Source of the DNA: Scyliorhinus canicula
Lineage: Eukaryota
DNA length: 64,000 bases
Assembly: GCF_902713615.1 (NCBI RefSeq)
Contig: NC_052156.1
Location: forward strand, 132,432,407-132,496,406
Direction of reading: 5' to 3'
Shown one piece after another: positions 46,460 through 60,794 of this stretch. Under the pieces are notes generated by a model. It was not told the DNA's origin and did not search any database. It worked only from the letters and a program-made list of their open reading frames with translations. A program made the position numbers and the translations under genes. Every line of letters starts with the position of its first letter. Positions within the stretch are counted from its first letter, which is position 1.

Positions 46460-48545
46460 AGAATGAATTGTCCTTGAGAAGATGGTGAGCATCCTTTGTG
46501 AACTGTTGCATTCCATGCGGTTAGGAAGAGAGTTCCAGGATTTTGAACGAGTGCAGTGTAGGAACTGCAATATATTTCCAAGTCAGGGTGGTGTGTCACT
46601 TGCAGGGAAACTGTGCATATGGTCCTCTTGTCCTTCTAAGTAGTAGAAATCATGGGTTTGGAACGTGCTGTTGAAGGTGCCTCGGTGAGTAACTGCAATG
46701 TATCTTGTAGATAGTACACACTGCTGCTAACGTGCATCGGTGCTGGAGGGAATACATGTTTAAGGTGATAGATGGGGTACAAAACAAGCTGACTGCTTTT
46801 TCCTGAATGGTGTTGAGCTTCATAAGTGTTGTTGGAGCTGCACTCAACCAGGAAAATGCAGAGTATTCCATCATTCTCCTAACTTGAAACTTGTAGGTGG
46901 CACATAGGCTTTGGGAAGTCACAAGGCAAGTTACTCACCACAGGATTTCCAGCATTGGACCTGCTCCTGTAGCCATTGTAGTTATAGTTCTGGTATGGTT
47001 CAGTTTATGGCCAATGGTTACTCACAGGATTTTGATAATGGGAGATGCAGCAAGGATAATGCTATTAACTGTAAAGGGGAGATTGTTGTATTCTCTCTTG
47101 TTGGAGAAGGTCATTGCTTAGCGCTTATATGGCGTGAAAGTTACTTGGCAGTTATCAGCCCAAGCCTGAATATCGGCCACGTCTTCACGCATATGCTAAT
47201 AGAGTGCTTCACCATCTAGAATTTTAAATGGTATCATGCATTGTGAAATCATTAGTGAACATTCCCATTTCTGACCTTGTATTGGAGGGAAGATCACTGA
47301 GGAAGCAGTTGAAGATAGTTGAGCCGAGGACACCACTCTGAGGAACTCCTTCAGCAATGTCCTAGGATTGAAATGATTGATTTCCAATGACGACAACCAT
47401 CTTACTTTTTCGCTGGGTATGATTCCAACCAGCAGAGCGCTTTGTCCCTGATTCCCAGTGACCTTAGGTAAGCTCGTGCTTTTTTTGCCATACTCTGTCA
47501 AACACTGCCTTGGTATCAAGAGCAGTCAGCTCACCTTGAGTTCACCTCTTTTCGCCATGTTTGTACTGAGGCTGCGATGAGGTCAGGAACTCAGTGGCCC
47601 AGGTGGCACCAAAATGAATGCCAATGCACAGGCTATTGCTGAGTAATGACCACTTGATAGCACTATCTATGATACTATCCACAATTTTATGATTGTTGAG
47701 ATTGATGGGCGGTAATTGGCCAGGTTGGATTCATCTAACATTTTGTGTACGGGATCAACTTGGGCAATTTCACAGATAAATTCCAGTCTTGTAGTTGTAC
47801 TGGAGCAGCTTATCTAGGGCTGTGGCAAGTTCTGAAGCACATGTCTTCAGGACCACTGCCAGAAATTTGTTAGAGCCCATCCTCTTCAAAATGCAGTGCC
47901 TTCAGTCGTTTCCTCATATCACACGGACTGAATCAAATTGAAAACTGGCATCTGTGCTGCTGAGTACCTCAGGAGGTGGCAAAAAATGTAACATCTACTT
48001 GTCACTTCTGGCTGAAGATGGTTACAAATGCTTCAGCCTTGCGTTTGTACTGATGGACTGGGCTTCCCTGTCATTGACGGGGATGTTTGTGGAATCTCCT
48101 CTTCCAGTTGGTTGTATTAATTATCTACCAAAATTCATGATGCAATGTTGCAGGGCTGCAGCTCTTATACCTGTTCCATTGGTAGTGGCATCGCTAAGTG
48201 CCATCTATTACATGCTTCTTCCTCCATTTGACATGCAAGTAGTTCTGTGTTGTAGCTTCGTCAGGTTGACATTTCATTTTTAGGTATGTCTGGTGTAGTT
48301 CCTGGCATGTCCTCCTGCACTCTTCTCTGAACTAGGGTTGGCCGCTCGGCTTGATGATAATGGTCGAGTGGGCAATCTGTTAGGCCATGAAGTTGCAGAT
48401 TGGGGTTGTATATAATTCTGCTGCTGATGGCCCACAACACTTCATGGATGCCCAGTTTTATGTTGCTATATTTTTTTGAAATCTATCCCATTTAGCATGG
48501 TGGTCGTGCCATATACAACATGATGGAAGATATCCTCAATGTGCA
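46460..48545 (-). mobile_element. Decayed LINE of the CR1/L2 group (RT region); related pieces at 8400-8995 and 11700-11980
   Basis: ATYKFQVRRMMEYSAFSWLSAAPTTLMKLNTIQEKA and a GVPQSGVLGSTIFNCF-type RT motif. Confidence 0.7.
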
Positions 48546-50519
48546 GATAGAAATGAGGCAGACAGCAGCTTAGTAGAAAAAGGACAAAAGATCTATGGGA
48601 ACACAACCACCCAGAGATTTCCCTCCAAACACTTGCCGTTCCTCACTGCCATCAGATCAAACTCCTAGAACTGTCTTCCGACCAGTGCTGTGGGTATACC
48701 TACATCACATGGACTGCAGTGGTTTAAGAAGATAGCTCATGACCAACTTCTTATGGGCAGTCAGCTATGGGCCACAAATGTTGGCCTTTTCAGCAATCCT
48801 ACATCCTATGAAATAATTAAATAAAAAGAAAATGGAGAAGATCCTGGGGTAACAGTAAATCAAATGTGCAACATACTGTCGCTACTGGAATTCTAAAATA
48901 AAACTAGAAATGCTGAAAAGGATCAGCAGGTCAGGCATCCATGAAGAACAAAAGAGAGTTCATTTTTCAGGCAGGCTAAACATTTGATGACAGTAGTAAA
49001 CTCACCAACTTTAAGGGCATTTAAGTGGTCACTGGATAGACATATGGATGGAAATGGAATAGTGTAGGTCAGATAGGCTTCAGATGGTTACACAGGCCGG
49101 CGCAACATCGAGGGCCGAAGGGCCCGTACTGCACTGTAATGTTCTATGTTCTATGTTTGAGAGAAACATCGTTAAAGCAAATATAGGACCAGGGAAAGAG
49201 GAACAGGGATAGAACAACACATAAAGCTGAAGGTGCGTCAGGGTGGAGGATTAACTGACAAAATGGGCAATTGTACAAGGCAAAAGAAGCTGACAATGGG
49301 ACAATGATAAAAGCAAAAGATAGGTCCTGATGAGGCGCACTAGAGATTGCTACAACGTAATAAAGAGTACAAATTGACAAATCAGATTTGATTTTGTATA
49401 ACTGATGACGGTAATTAGGCATTGGTGCATAAGGTTCATTTTTCACGGATCAGTGAATACACATCAATAAGAAAGGAAAGAAAATCAGCTGGGACACAAA
49501 CCAAAATATTGCTGACTCCCAATTGAGACAGCAACCAAATTGTGAAGAAAAACAGATGTTGTCCTGTAATTGGCACATCTTTGGGTTTTGAGTGGTCTAA
49601 GTTGCGCAGGTTTTTACAACAACAGATGTGACAGATGGTTTCAGTTGTTAGCCCAACTATTTTTTTGAAGAGAATCATCAATTTTATACCAACACACATT
49701 AGAGAATGCATATTATTGTTTCCACCCGATTTGAAGTATACATATATATTTCTACTTCTTCGAGTTCTCCCTCTAACAAGGGGTATTATCCAGTGAAGTG
49801 GACAGCATGGTCAAGACATACTGGGCTGAGATTCTTATCTGGGATATCATGCATATTTAGTTCTGCTTGTGCTGTAAAGAAAACTGAGACATCGGCCATC
49901 AGGCTAATGGTGTCTCATCTTCATCAGCCGCTTATTCCTATTAGCCTTCAGGTTCCCAGAGTAGCTCTTACCCAGGAACTGACACCCACCAGCTGAAAGG
50001 GTTGAATGCATAAATTTAGGATTATGGGAAAAACAAGAGGTGCATCCTTTTACTTTCCGCAGTTTGTACATTCAGAAAGGTTGTGGTATGAGTGGGAAGT
50101 GAGATGCCACAAGGTTGATTTAGTAGGAATGTACCATCTTCCTCATTGGCTGCAGCGTGCTGCTGGTCACTGCCTCAGTCATATTGCACAAATGCCTGTC
50201 AGCATCCTGTCCTCTATGGGGATGGGAACATGCCTGTTCCCTGCCAATGGGAGCTGCTGTCTCTGATCCTGCATGAGAGGGGGATGTATGTTAGTGTGTG
50301 TGATGCAATATGTTTGGGTGATGCGCCTGTCACAAACTATGAGATACGAGTTTGAGGTTTACAGGAGTGCTAATTGTGTGAAGGCAAGGCTATTCATTTT
50401 AGGTAGGAGCCAAGATTAATGGAGCCTGTTGCAAGATGAGTGGAATTGGGGAGTGATGAAATAAGTGTTGTGAGAGGCTAGTCGTTCATTTGTAAGAATA
50501 TGGCATAGATAGATGCATT

Positions 50520-50760
50520 CACTGACCTTGACTATTCAGGTTTTTGCAGCACTGCACCCAGATCCTTGGAGCTAGACTACCAGTGTAGGATGCATCAATA
50601 ACCTGTTCCCATTGTCTTTGCAATGTATGTCTTGAGGGCAACCTTCCTTCCAAGTTATGGGGACCTCTCTCTACCTATACACCTCATGTATCAAGACTCC
50701 AGAACTGCACAGAGAATGTTCTCTGGCCTGTTACACTGTATCCACTCCTCCTTCTGCTTA
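50520..50760 (-). pseudogene. Highly decayed Harbinger Myb/SANT exon
   Basis: Minus-strand RIWVQCCK followed by the donor AAG|GTCAGT, resembling R.W.QC.KK of the other copies. Confidence 0.4.
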
Positions 50761-52779
50761 TTAACTCTTCACAGCAACGTCCACAGCAATTTGCAGCCAA
50801 AATGCACTCACCTGTAAATGGTACAATCTGGTTTTTAGTGCAGTTAGCTTCAAGCGGCGTTAGCCTCGCATGTACTTGTATCCGTTGTGTAGCACTGCCC
50901 TTCACACCACTCTTTCTTAAAATAGCCATCACAGCCTGCATCACGGCTCATGGACATGATTTAATCATTCTTTGAGATTCCTGTGCCTGCTTACTGATGT
51001 TATCTAATTTCTCTTCACAATCATTTTAAAATGGTTACTACTTTTTATTAGGAGCGATTCCAGTAAAAATTACAAAATTAAAATTTCAGTAGTCTTTTCT
51101 CAGGTTGTTGCGCACTTTTGGAAAGTTTCCAGCAGTAACCTTTCAAAGTTATTGTGACCTGATTGTGTCAAATTTTAACAGCAGTGATTTTATCTTCCAC
51201 AGTTGGAAATGAGTCATTTGACCATATTTGTGAAGATAAAAAGTGCAAAACGGCAACCAAGGTAAGGCACAGAAAAGGTGTTATTTATTGTTCAGACAGT
51301 ACAAGAAACAAAAGCATTGTTTCTTTTGCAGAGAAAGAACTGACTGGTGACAGAAAGGGCCAGTAGGAGCATGGACTACCTTGACCAACAAATACCTTCA
51401 ATATTCAAGCGGGCACTGACTGTGAAGGAACATCACTCGAGAATATATAATCTGAAAAGTGTTGCTGAAGTGAAACTACAACATAATAGAGCACAACAAT
51501 AACAATATTATAAAAAGTCAAAAGCCACTGAGGAAATATCTTTCACAATCACAGAAGATGATTGGAAAACTTTTCAATCTAAGGGATAAGGGAGCTTGTC
51601 ATCAGTCTACTGATACAGTTGGTCTGTAATAAAACAATATTTGCTGTCCCTTGCTTGTAAATTAATTAGTGACTTTCATTTCTCCAATTGTCTTATTGCA
51701 TACATAACAGTGTTTCTTGTGAGGCTCAATATCTAATATAAACTGTTTTCATAGTGTACATTTCCATTCCCATAAAGGAGTTCTTGTCACAACACTTTCC
51801 ATTTTCTTTTGTCCTTTCAAAACAAAGGCTCTTCACTATGCCTATTGAAGAAGCTCTAATTGCTTATTGGAATAAGATTTTCAGTATTAGCATGTAATTT
51901 AATTGTTCTTGTTCCCTGAAATCCCTTCTTAAGTAATTTAGTCTGCTTCTTTTGAAAATAATCCCACTTCTCCATATGTATTAACAATGTCAGCACACTG
52001 CAAACTAGGGAACCATGTTCAAACTGGGTTTAGATGAGGGAAATGGTAATGACACTAATACTTATCTGACCAGCACTTCATTCAAGCACAGCTCCCTGTT
52101 CACACCTTGGGAGGGCTAGATTTACCTGGGTTTTTCCATATTATCAATACTGTGTGACTTTCTGTTTAAAATATTTTCACATCATACAATATTAATGGTG
52201 CCCACTGTTTCCTATATGTCTACAATAATTATATATTTAACAAAAAATACTATTCAAAAAATCTCCCAAGGGAAGAAAGAAACGACATAAACCTGTTTTT
52301 CTGGCATGGAAATTTGTAACGTGCTTAATGACTCCTCAGGGTATGCAGAAAACTGCAGGAAACCTCTATTCATCAAGATAGATTATATACTTAAGAATTC
52401 ACCAAATTTAATAAGAATATAATAGTACAGTAATACAGTAGTAGTAATATAACAAGACACAATTGAAGTTCTTTCGCTTTCTCTTCTAAGGCGCCATTAA
52501 GGCATAGTTACTACAGGCAATGGATAATTCTTTGTTCTTAGAGTCTCTCAATTATATTATTTTCCTCAACACATAAACGTACTAGCATACCAAAAGAAGA
52601 TTGGACAACAGGTCCAACCATTGCTTGTCAATTAGTGCATGTTTGAGCACTATTCATCCAGATGCAAATAATGCTTACTTCTGGGAGAAGGCAGAAATAA
52701 AATTCAGCTACATCCAAGGGAAAAAGAAGCACCTGGGCAATTATTTCCTGAGGTCTAAAAACTTATCTACCTATTTTAT

Positions 52780-53560
52780 TATCACTGTTCATTGAACTGT
52801 CAATTTAAGGATGTTTTCTGCTGAGAGAATCAAAACACGATAGTTTCTTGAACACTTTTCCCATTGATTTTGTATTTCCACTTGGTTCCCCTCCTTGATA
52901 TTTTTTAATTTTTCTACATTAATCAGCACTTTCTACTAACTGGCCCAATCTCTCAAACAACTCAGAGAGTTGCCCCTGCTTTGTTACCATTCCTTCATTT
53001 AGATTTCTAATATGCATCAAAAGGAACAATTACCCGTGCATAATTCCCTATTGTAACCCGCCAATTACCTCTTTCTAAGAGAGAAGCAGCTTTTTTTTTT
53101 AGAAATTAACCGCCTCCTCAGCTGATCTAGTTAGCTATTCAATCATGTACTTTTAAATTCATCCCCATCCTTGCTCTTCAATAATTTCATCTCCTGTGGC
53201 AAAGGCTTTTCTAAAAGCTAAGTACATTAATTTCACCGAGTTCTCATTGTCAACCAACTCTATTTTATGGGTGTAATATATTACATCTACTTCACACCCG
53301 GAAAGTCTGACTTTCTGAAGCTAAAAGCCTTTTAATGCACTCCTGTCATTCTCAAACACAAATCTAATTTTAAACTCCACCAAATCTTTGTCACTGTTAT
53401 CCAGTTGTTCTCATTACTGTGATCATACCCACCATTCTTTAGTCGTTACTTCATAGCTGACCCAACGTAGTTTTCCTTTTCTACACTCCATGGCATTTGA
53501 GTAATATAGCTGCCCATAAACGTGTCCAGATATAATAATTATCTTTGCTTATACCGACTG
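52780..53560 (-). mobile_element. Ancient CR1 endonuclease/linker fragment
   Basis: Minus-strand EQLDNSDKDLVEFKI...SFRKSDFPGVK corresponds to the CR1 LG.SDH..VEF...F.K.DF motifs. Confidence 0.5.
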
Positions 53561-56045
53561 TGATTTTTTAATTAATTCTAGATAATTGAAAATTGACTTA
53601 GGTCAATTGGGGGTAATTGGACATTTCGGCGATGGCAAAACGAACATAACGGAGTCTGGTTCCAGCTGTGTGGTTTGTCTGATTTTACTTGCCATTGAAG
53701 TAAATAGAAAATGGATTTACTCATTCTGGATAATGGACAGCTAACCTTTTACTGCCTGTCTTACGCTACCACTGGAAGTTAAAATAAATCTCATTGCAAG
53801 TTCACCTGGTGTGAGCTTAAAGTTCAAAATCTTTGTGCATTATCTGAATATTCAGCAGATTGATAATAAAGCATTCCAACTATTTCTTTGCTGCTGTTTT
53901 TGTCTTATTGTTTAACTTATAACATTTCAAAATCATGATATGAGCCCAAGCTGCCCACTTCAGTTGCTATTGAGCCAGTTTAACACATAGAGGCATTTTT
54001 GTCTCTTTGGAACAATCTGTAATTTTTAACTTCATGCCCAACACCCCACACCCAGCACCCAACACACACCTTGCAAGGCCGACTTCTAACATACTTGTCT
54101 TCTCCTTATAATTGTCACCCTATGTCCTTTTCTTCAATTCTTTTTCTTTCTTCCTTCAGTTAGCATCCTAGCTCGCTGAAATTCTGCCAAAATCTCCACC
54201 ATGTTATTGCCACCAAGATTTCTACTTCTTGCAATAATAGCTATGCTTAAAGCTTGAATCCCACTCTCACCTTATTAGCTGTTAAAATTTTGTATAGATG
54301 ACTGCTGAGGCCACATTTGGAGTTGACCAATACAACCGCAGAAATGGTTAATGCCTTCGAGAAAAACTGAAAAGAATAATTTTGGGAATTGAGAGTCAAT
54401 GCTTGTGAGAAAGGCAAGAAAGGTAATTTTAACCAATAAAAACAAGTGCATTTGGGTCCAATCCGATGTTCAAAGTTAAATCTCAAATCAAACCCAATTC
54501 ACCTTGAGCCACTGTTTTTAACAGCGATGGATAGTGGTGTGGCGGTTGCTCATTTATATTAATACATGAATGAAGCAGTGTGCCTCAGATTTTAATCCAT
54601 CTTTTAAACTGGCTAGGTTTCCTGGATTTCCAGAAATCTGTCAGCTGAAGGAAGATAAGGACTACTATATTGAAGAGCTAAATGCTTTTCCAGAACCGCT
54701 TGTGGACCAGGATAAACAGGGTTGCTTCTGCACAAAACCCAGCTAAAATGCTCCGATCCCAGCAATTGGACCATCTAGTGATAACCAATGCATACACCAT
54801 GGTAATCTCCCTCACTATCACCGCAACATCAGTGGTAGCCACCCCACCCGCTTCAGATCACAGAGGTCCCATCCCATAATCAGTGCTCCACTGTGATCGA
54901 CAACACTGAATATTGAGCCGCCATCTGTATCTGGGATTCTCTAATCCCCCAGCTGTGTGTTTCTTGGTGGCATGCTGAGGGTGCGCTGCTTGCAGGAACA
55001 GAGAATCCCAACGGCCAGAGAATTCTGGCCCTGACGTGTCCGCAGTCTCCCACAATCAAACCCCATGACTCTCTGACCAATGATGACCCAACTTCTGTTT
55101 GTTGGACATGGCTGGTTTGCTGCACTGTGCAGTCCTTTCAAGATTGGCGTGTGGCTATACATATGTAGAACTTAAATTTATATGTTGCCTTTGTTTTTAC
55201 CCTGTTGCAGTACATTCCCAATTGCAACACGTGCTTGCATGGCTTAAAGGGAACATTAGCTCCAAGCCAACCCTCCCATCCTCTCAATCTCTGACCCAGG
55301 AGCAGGAAATATACTTGTTGCTGGGATGCAGTCTCTTCTGCAGTGTTCCTTGCTGACAAAGTGACATGCCTGTCAATCAGGATGGCTTCCTACATGGAAC
55401 ATATTGAACCAAAATCATGGATGATGTAGACTTTACAACATTCAGTGACCTGAAACCTTTCCCTCCTCCAGGCTTCGAAACCACAATGCTGTAAAGGACA
55501 GGATGATAAAAGTGGACTTTGTTCATGGGTGAACAGAAAAATAAATCGTGCGTGATCATAAATCTTTATAATATTAGAAGGCATAGATATTGCAGATGTA
55601 ACCAGACTGCTTAACCTTGAGTGAAAATCAGAAATATACTTCTAAAAATCAGAATTAAAAAATGAGTACAGATCTTTTCTTTTTAAATCCTACAGGAAAA
55701 TGAATGTGGTGACCGGTAAGATTCATTTTTTCGGCACTTTGAAAAAATGACTTGGATGATAACTCATCAGGATTGGAATTGGAGGCTCCAGGGATAAATA
55801 AAATCATGGTTGACCTGACAATCCACGGAAGGTAATGAGCGCAGTATTTACAGGGAGGTATGGAATATGAAGGAGCATATATTTGCAGAGAAAAGAATCC
55901 AGTAATGTTGGGATCATGGAGAGATCCTGCTGAATTTAACCCATCAGCATTTTTATTGCCTTTCCTGTCCAGCCCTTGGCTAGTCTTTCAATGCAGTGTT
56001 AGAAGGTCTAAACCAGGGTCTATTGGGGATAGTCATAGCAAGCAT

Positions 56046-56220
56046 GGGGCTGGTTTGGCTCACCAGGCTAAATCGCTGGCTTTTCAAGCAGGCCAGCAGC
56101 ACGGTTTGATTCCCGTACCAGCCTCCCCGGACAGGTGCCGGAATGTGGCGACTAGGGTCTTTTCACAATAACTTCAGTGAAGCCTACTCGTGACAATAAG
56201 CGATTTTCATTTTCATTTCA
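56046..56220 (+). mobile_element. tRNA-derived SINE, family C
   Basis: GGGGCTGGTTTGGCTCACCAGGCTAAATCG head and TGACAATAAGCGA(TTTTCA)n tail. Confidence 0.8.
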
Positions 56221-56669
56221 ACTGGGAAACATACTGAGTTGGTTGGCAAGGTGGGTGGGGACACAGATGGACTGACGATTGGGAGGGTCTGGGAAGCAGG
56301 AGGGACCACAGGGTCGATGAGGATTTGGGAATGAGGTGTGTTGGCCGACAGAGGATTTGCTTGAAAAACTGGGATGGAAGCACCCCTACTCCTGACTCAC
56401 AAGGAATACTATAAAAACCACTTGCCTGACAGATCCAGTTGTTCCTGCTTCCAGTTTTGCTGAAGTCCTGGGTAGGCCAACCGGCCTGGAGTTAAATTAA
56501 ATGACTATAAAATCCTGAGGAATGGAGTCTCACAAACATATTAACATATCCACAGAGTAGGAAAAACACATCTCTAAACTTTGAGTCGTCAAATCGGAAG
56601 GTCGTTGTGTGGTTTTCTTTGCGTATGAAAGGCTCGGATTTCCACATATGATTCCCCAGATGATACAAA

Positions 56670-57860
56670 ACTTGACAGTATTGTGAACTGTGATGTGGGT
56701 AGTCATAGACTTCAAGAGGACATTGCCAGGCTGGTGGAATGGGCAGGCAGGGAGCAGATGAAACTTGATGCAGAAAAAAAGAAATTTTAGGAGAGAGAAT
56801 TAAGAGAGGCAATGTAAAATAAGGGAGTCGAAGGTTACCAAGGGTAGTTGAAATGTGGGCTGGAGGCCACAATCCAATCAGGCGTGATCTTATTGGGTGC
56901 TGGAGCAGGCTCAAGGGGCCAAATGGTCTACTCCTGCTCCTAATTAGTGTCATCATATAATTCTGAACGATAACAGGAGCTGAGGGACCTGGGATGCATT
57001 TGCACAAATCATTGAATGTGTCAGGGTAAATGCAGAAGGTGGTTAATTAGGCAGATGGGATCATGGGCTTTATCAATTGATAAATGAAGCATAAAAGTGC
57101 GGTGTTGATGGTGAACATTATAAAATACCAGGCTGGCCTCAACTGGAGTATTGCGCTAAATGCTGGGCACAACACTTTAGTGGGTTTGCAAAGGCATTAG
57201 TGAGGGTGCACGAAAGATTTATGAGAATGGTACAAATGATAGTACAGTTATGTAGTAGATTGAAGAAGCTAGGCTAGTTCTCTTCAGCGAAGAGAAGTTA
57301 AGAAGAGATTTGATGGAAATGGGTCAGCCACGTCGCGCCGGGTGGCCGACAGAGGCCGCCGCTATGCGTGTGCGCGGACCCCTGACCGGAAGTGCAGAGC
57401 CCCGTATTGGTAGCCGGAGCTGCGAGGAGCACTCTGAGGCCCCCTTCTGGTAGGAGAATCACTCTGGACTTTCTCCAGGTAAGTCCAGAGTGATTTGCGC
57501 AGGTTTTTCCGCGGGCGTGGGGACATAGCCCCATTATTGCCGAACCCCGCCCAGGGTCTGGACAAAATAGATAAGGAGAAACACTTTTATTGGTGGAAGA
57601 ATCAAGTGTCAGAGGTCACCAATTTCAATTGGAAGACCTTCCTTCAGCAGCGAATGGTTAGGATGTTGAATGCATTGCCTGGGACTGTGGTTAGGGCAGT
57701 TTTAATTTTGATTTTAGGAAGTGCATTGGAGAATCAGCTGAAGGGGGGAAAAAATAGGGTCATGGGAAAAGGGGAGGAAATGGGAATTACCGAGTGACTC
57801 TTTCAGAGAGCTAGCATTGACAAGACGGACACTGCCTCCTGTAGGGCTGTAACTGTTCCA
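56670..57860 (+). mobile_element. Decayed CR1 3' region with a GC-rich MITE fragment (about 57326-57552)
   Basis: PQLEYC..WAQHF and RLKKLG.FSSAKRS motifs. The CpG-rich insert ends CCCCGCCC. Confidence 0.6.
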
Positions 57861-58173
57861 TGGTGAGGAATTTTTGGATGGTGCGATTACCCAACGAGCC
57901 ACCCAAAGTGATGGTGGAGGATGTATCGCCACTGATACTGGCTGGTCCACAGCCATATAATGCTCAGTATCAATTGGCTGGAGATAGCGCTTCTGCCCCA
58001 GAATTGGCTGGAGAAAGATCCGCCTCAGAAAGCTGCCAGCCAATCAAATTGGGCAACAGATTTCTCGTCATAAATGCACTAGCTGCTGCAGTGGACAGAA
58101 CCGGGACTACAGACTTTGCCCAGGCTTTAAGGGATGACTGTGCCCATGTTTGCTGTCAGCGAGAATGGCAATG

Positions 58174-58598
58174 AGGGCACAAAATTCCACGAGATTTGAG
58201 GAACGCAATTCTCTCTGGCAAGATCGCGTTTCCTGATTTTCCTTGCTTCTCGCTGATAACGTGACGATGTTCTCGCCCACAAAGGGCGAGCAGCTCATTA
58301 TCATAAATTTAAATTAATTTCTATATAATTAACAAGGCCCCTTGACCACATAGTCTCCCCCTCACTTAATATTCGTACTTCGCTGACATGGCGTGAGGTC
58401 AACGAGGTGTACAACAGGTATATGAAGGCGTGAATCGCGTGGGCAAGGGCCGGTGAGCCAACCAAGGCCTGGTCCGTCGCACTGTAATATTGTGGAGAGG
58501 CTGGGGAGCATAGACCGACAGTCTGAAGACCAGCCATGGAATTTTATGAACTCCCCTCTCCACCACCTCCCACAGGTGGGAGTGGTAAAATTCTGCCC
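58174..58598. mobile_element. Old Harbinger-type MITE
   Basis: Ends GGGCACAAAATT / AAAATTCTGCCC. Confidence 0.45.
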
Positions 58599-58755
58599 TA
58601 TGATTCCCTGTCTGTACTGTCAGAGCTATAGAAATATCCTTACTCAATCAACTTTAATATGTACATGGTGAGATTTTTTCAGATTTCTGTGCGAATGTGT
58701 ACGAAGGAAATTTACATTATTGCAAAAAGAAACACCTTTGCACATCATCGATTTT

Positions 58756-59102
58756 GGGGCGGCAGGGTGGCACAGTGGTTAGCATTGCTGCCTGACAGTA
58801 CCAGGGCCCCGGGTTCAAATCTAGCCTCGGGTGATTGGCTGTGTGGAGTGTGCACTTTCTCCCTGTGTCTGCGTGGGTTTCCTCCGGGTGCTCCGGTTTC
58901 CTCCTACAGTCCAAAGATGTGCAGGTTAGGTGGATTGGCCATGCTAAATTGCCCCTTAATGTCCAAAAGGTTAGGTGGTGGTACTAGGGTTACAGGGAGA
59001 GGGTGGAGGCTTGGGCTTAAGTAGGGTGCTCTTTCCAAGGGCTGGTGCAGACCAGATGGGCCAAATGCCCTCCTTCTGCACTGTAAATTCTATGATCTAT
59101 GA
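58756..59102 (+). mobile_element. HE1-like V-SINE (family B), full length
   Basis: A/B boxes, V-domain and CR1-type tail CCTTCTGCACTGTAAATTCTATGATCTATGA. Confidence 0.9.
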
Positions 59103-60182
59103 AATTTTGGCCATTGATGATAAGCTGAAGAGTACTCGAGGATATTCTCACATGTGCAGAGTGGTTGCTTGAAGGAAGTTAACAAGGTCCTGATGTTGAT
59201 GATTCCTACCTCCAGCAGACCATAGAGCTGAGAGAAAATTAATGGTTGAAAATAACCTGTTTCGTCGAAGGGCAAAGGGCACAGAAGGGTTGGGAAATAA
59301 ACTTAGAACACAAAACGGCAACATATTAGACAGCTCCGTACAGGCACAGCGAGCCGAATGATCTTTCTGTGCTGTTATTTCCAATAACGCTACATAATTC
59401 GCATCAGTTTATTTTGGTGTACATTATATTTTTAGGCTTTTCTCTAAAACAATGCATTAAAATGATTTTAGCATTGAAAGCAGAGATTATAAACAACAGA
59501 AGGAAAATGCCACAAGCAACACAATTTACAACATGACCTTAGGAATTTTCGAGCAAGGATAAAAATAATGTGTAAAAGGTTATTTTAGTAAAGAGAGTTC
59601 TTGCTTGATGTAAGCCCACAAGGTTTAATTTAAATGGAAGGCGCCTCCGGCTATATAAAAAAAGACATTTATTATTTCTCTGTACTGCGCAAATAAGAAA
59701 TCTATCATGCTGAAATATTGTGGACATAAATCCACATTTCAAAAATAATTTTTCCAGCTAGTATGAGAAAGCACTCAATGAAAGTCTTCTCATATTAAGG
59801 TTGCAATTTAAAATTGTTAGTAAAATAAACTCTTCATGCTTATCACGTCTTTCTAGGTTTACTTATATTTTATGACTTGTCAGAGAAGATTACAAACCGT
59901 ATACCTGCTGGTTGGTGTCACAATATACTTATCAAAACTATTCACACATCATCTGGAGAAGCATGATTCTTGTAGTAATAATATAAAATAACTTTGTTCC
60001 CAAGGCGATCCTCACAGCAAGTCAGACTGTTTCTTTTCTCTTGCCGTGACAGCAACCATCATTCCCGATCAATTGAAAGAGCGAGATCTTCCATTTCCTT
60101 GAAGCAGGGTTTTTCACTTTGTCACTTCCCCTCGCGTTCCTGATGTACATAGATACATACTTAGAAACAGAAGCAGGAGGAA

Positions 60183-60792
60183 AAGGGCTAGAATACAAGA
60201 CCAGGGATGTACTTCTGAGGCTGCATAAGGCTCTGGTCGGACCCCATTGGAGTACTGTGAGCAGTTTTGGGCCCCGTATCGAAGGAAGGATGTGCTGGCC
60301 TTGGAAAGGGTCCAGAGGAGGTTCACAAGAATGATCCCTGGAATGAAGAACTTGTCGTATGAGGAATAGTTGAGGACTCTGGGTCTGTACTCATTGGAGT
60401 TTAGAAGGATGAGGGGGGGGGATCTTATTGAAACTTACAGGATACTGCGAGGCCTGGATAGGGTGGATGTGTCGAGGATGTTTCCACTTGGAGGAAAAAC
60501 TAGAACCAGAGGATGCCATCTCAGACTAAAGGGACGATGCTTCAAAACTGAGATGAGGGGGAATTTCTTCAGCCAGAGGGTGGTGAATCTGTGGAACTCT
60601 TTACCACAGAAGGCTGTGGAGGCCAAATCACTGAGTGTCTTTAAGACAGAGCTAGATGGGTTCTTGATTATTAAGGGGATCAGGGGTTATGGGAATAAGG
60701 CAGGAGAATGGGGATGAGAAAATATCAGCCATGATTGAATGGCGGAGCAGACTTGAAGGGTCGAGTGGCCTAATTCTGCTCCTATGTCTTAC
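60183..60792 (+). mobile_element. CR1 LINE 3' end, relatively young
   Basis: GLEYKTRDVLLRLHKALVGPH, RTLGLYSLEFRRMRG.DLIETYRILRGLDRVDV..FKTEMRGNFFSQRVVNLWNSLP. Confidence 0.9.
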
Positions 60793-60794
60793 GG

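Noticed and set aside
49436-49711. 91-aa hydrophobic, Cys-containing minus-strand ORF
   Set aside because: No recognisable family or convincing splice sites, and the length is compatible with chance.
49780-49815. Tyrosine-kinase-like PVKWTA peptide
   Set aside because: It is followed by WSR rather than PE, there is no upstream DFG and no other kinase exon was found. Probably chance.
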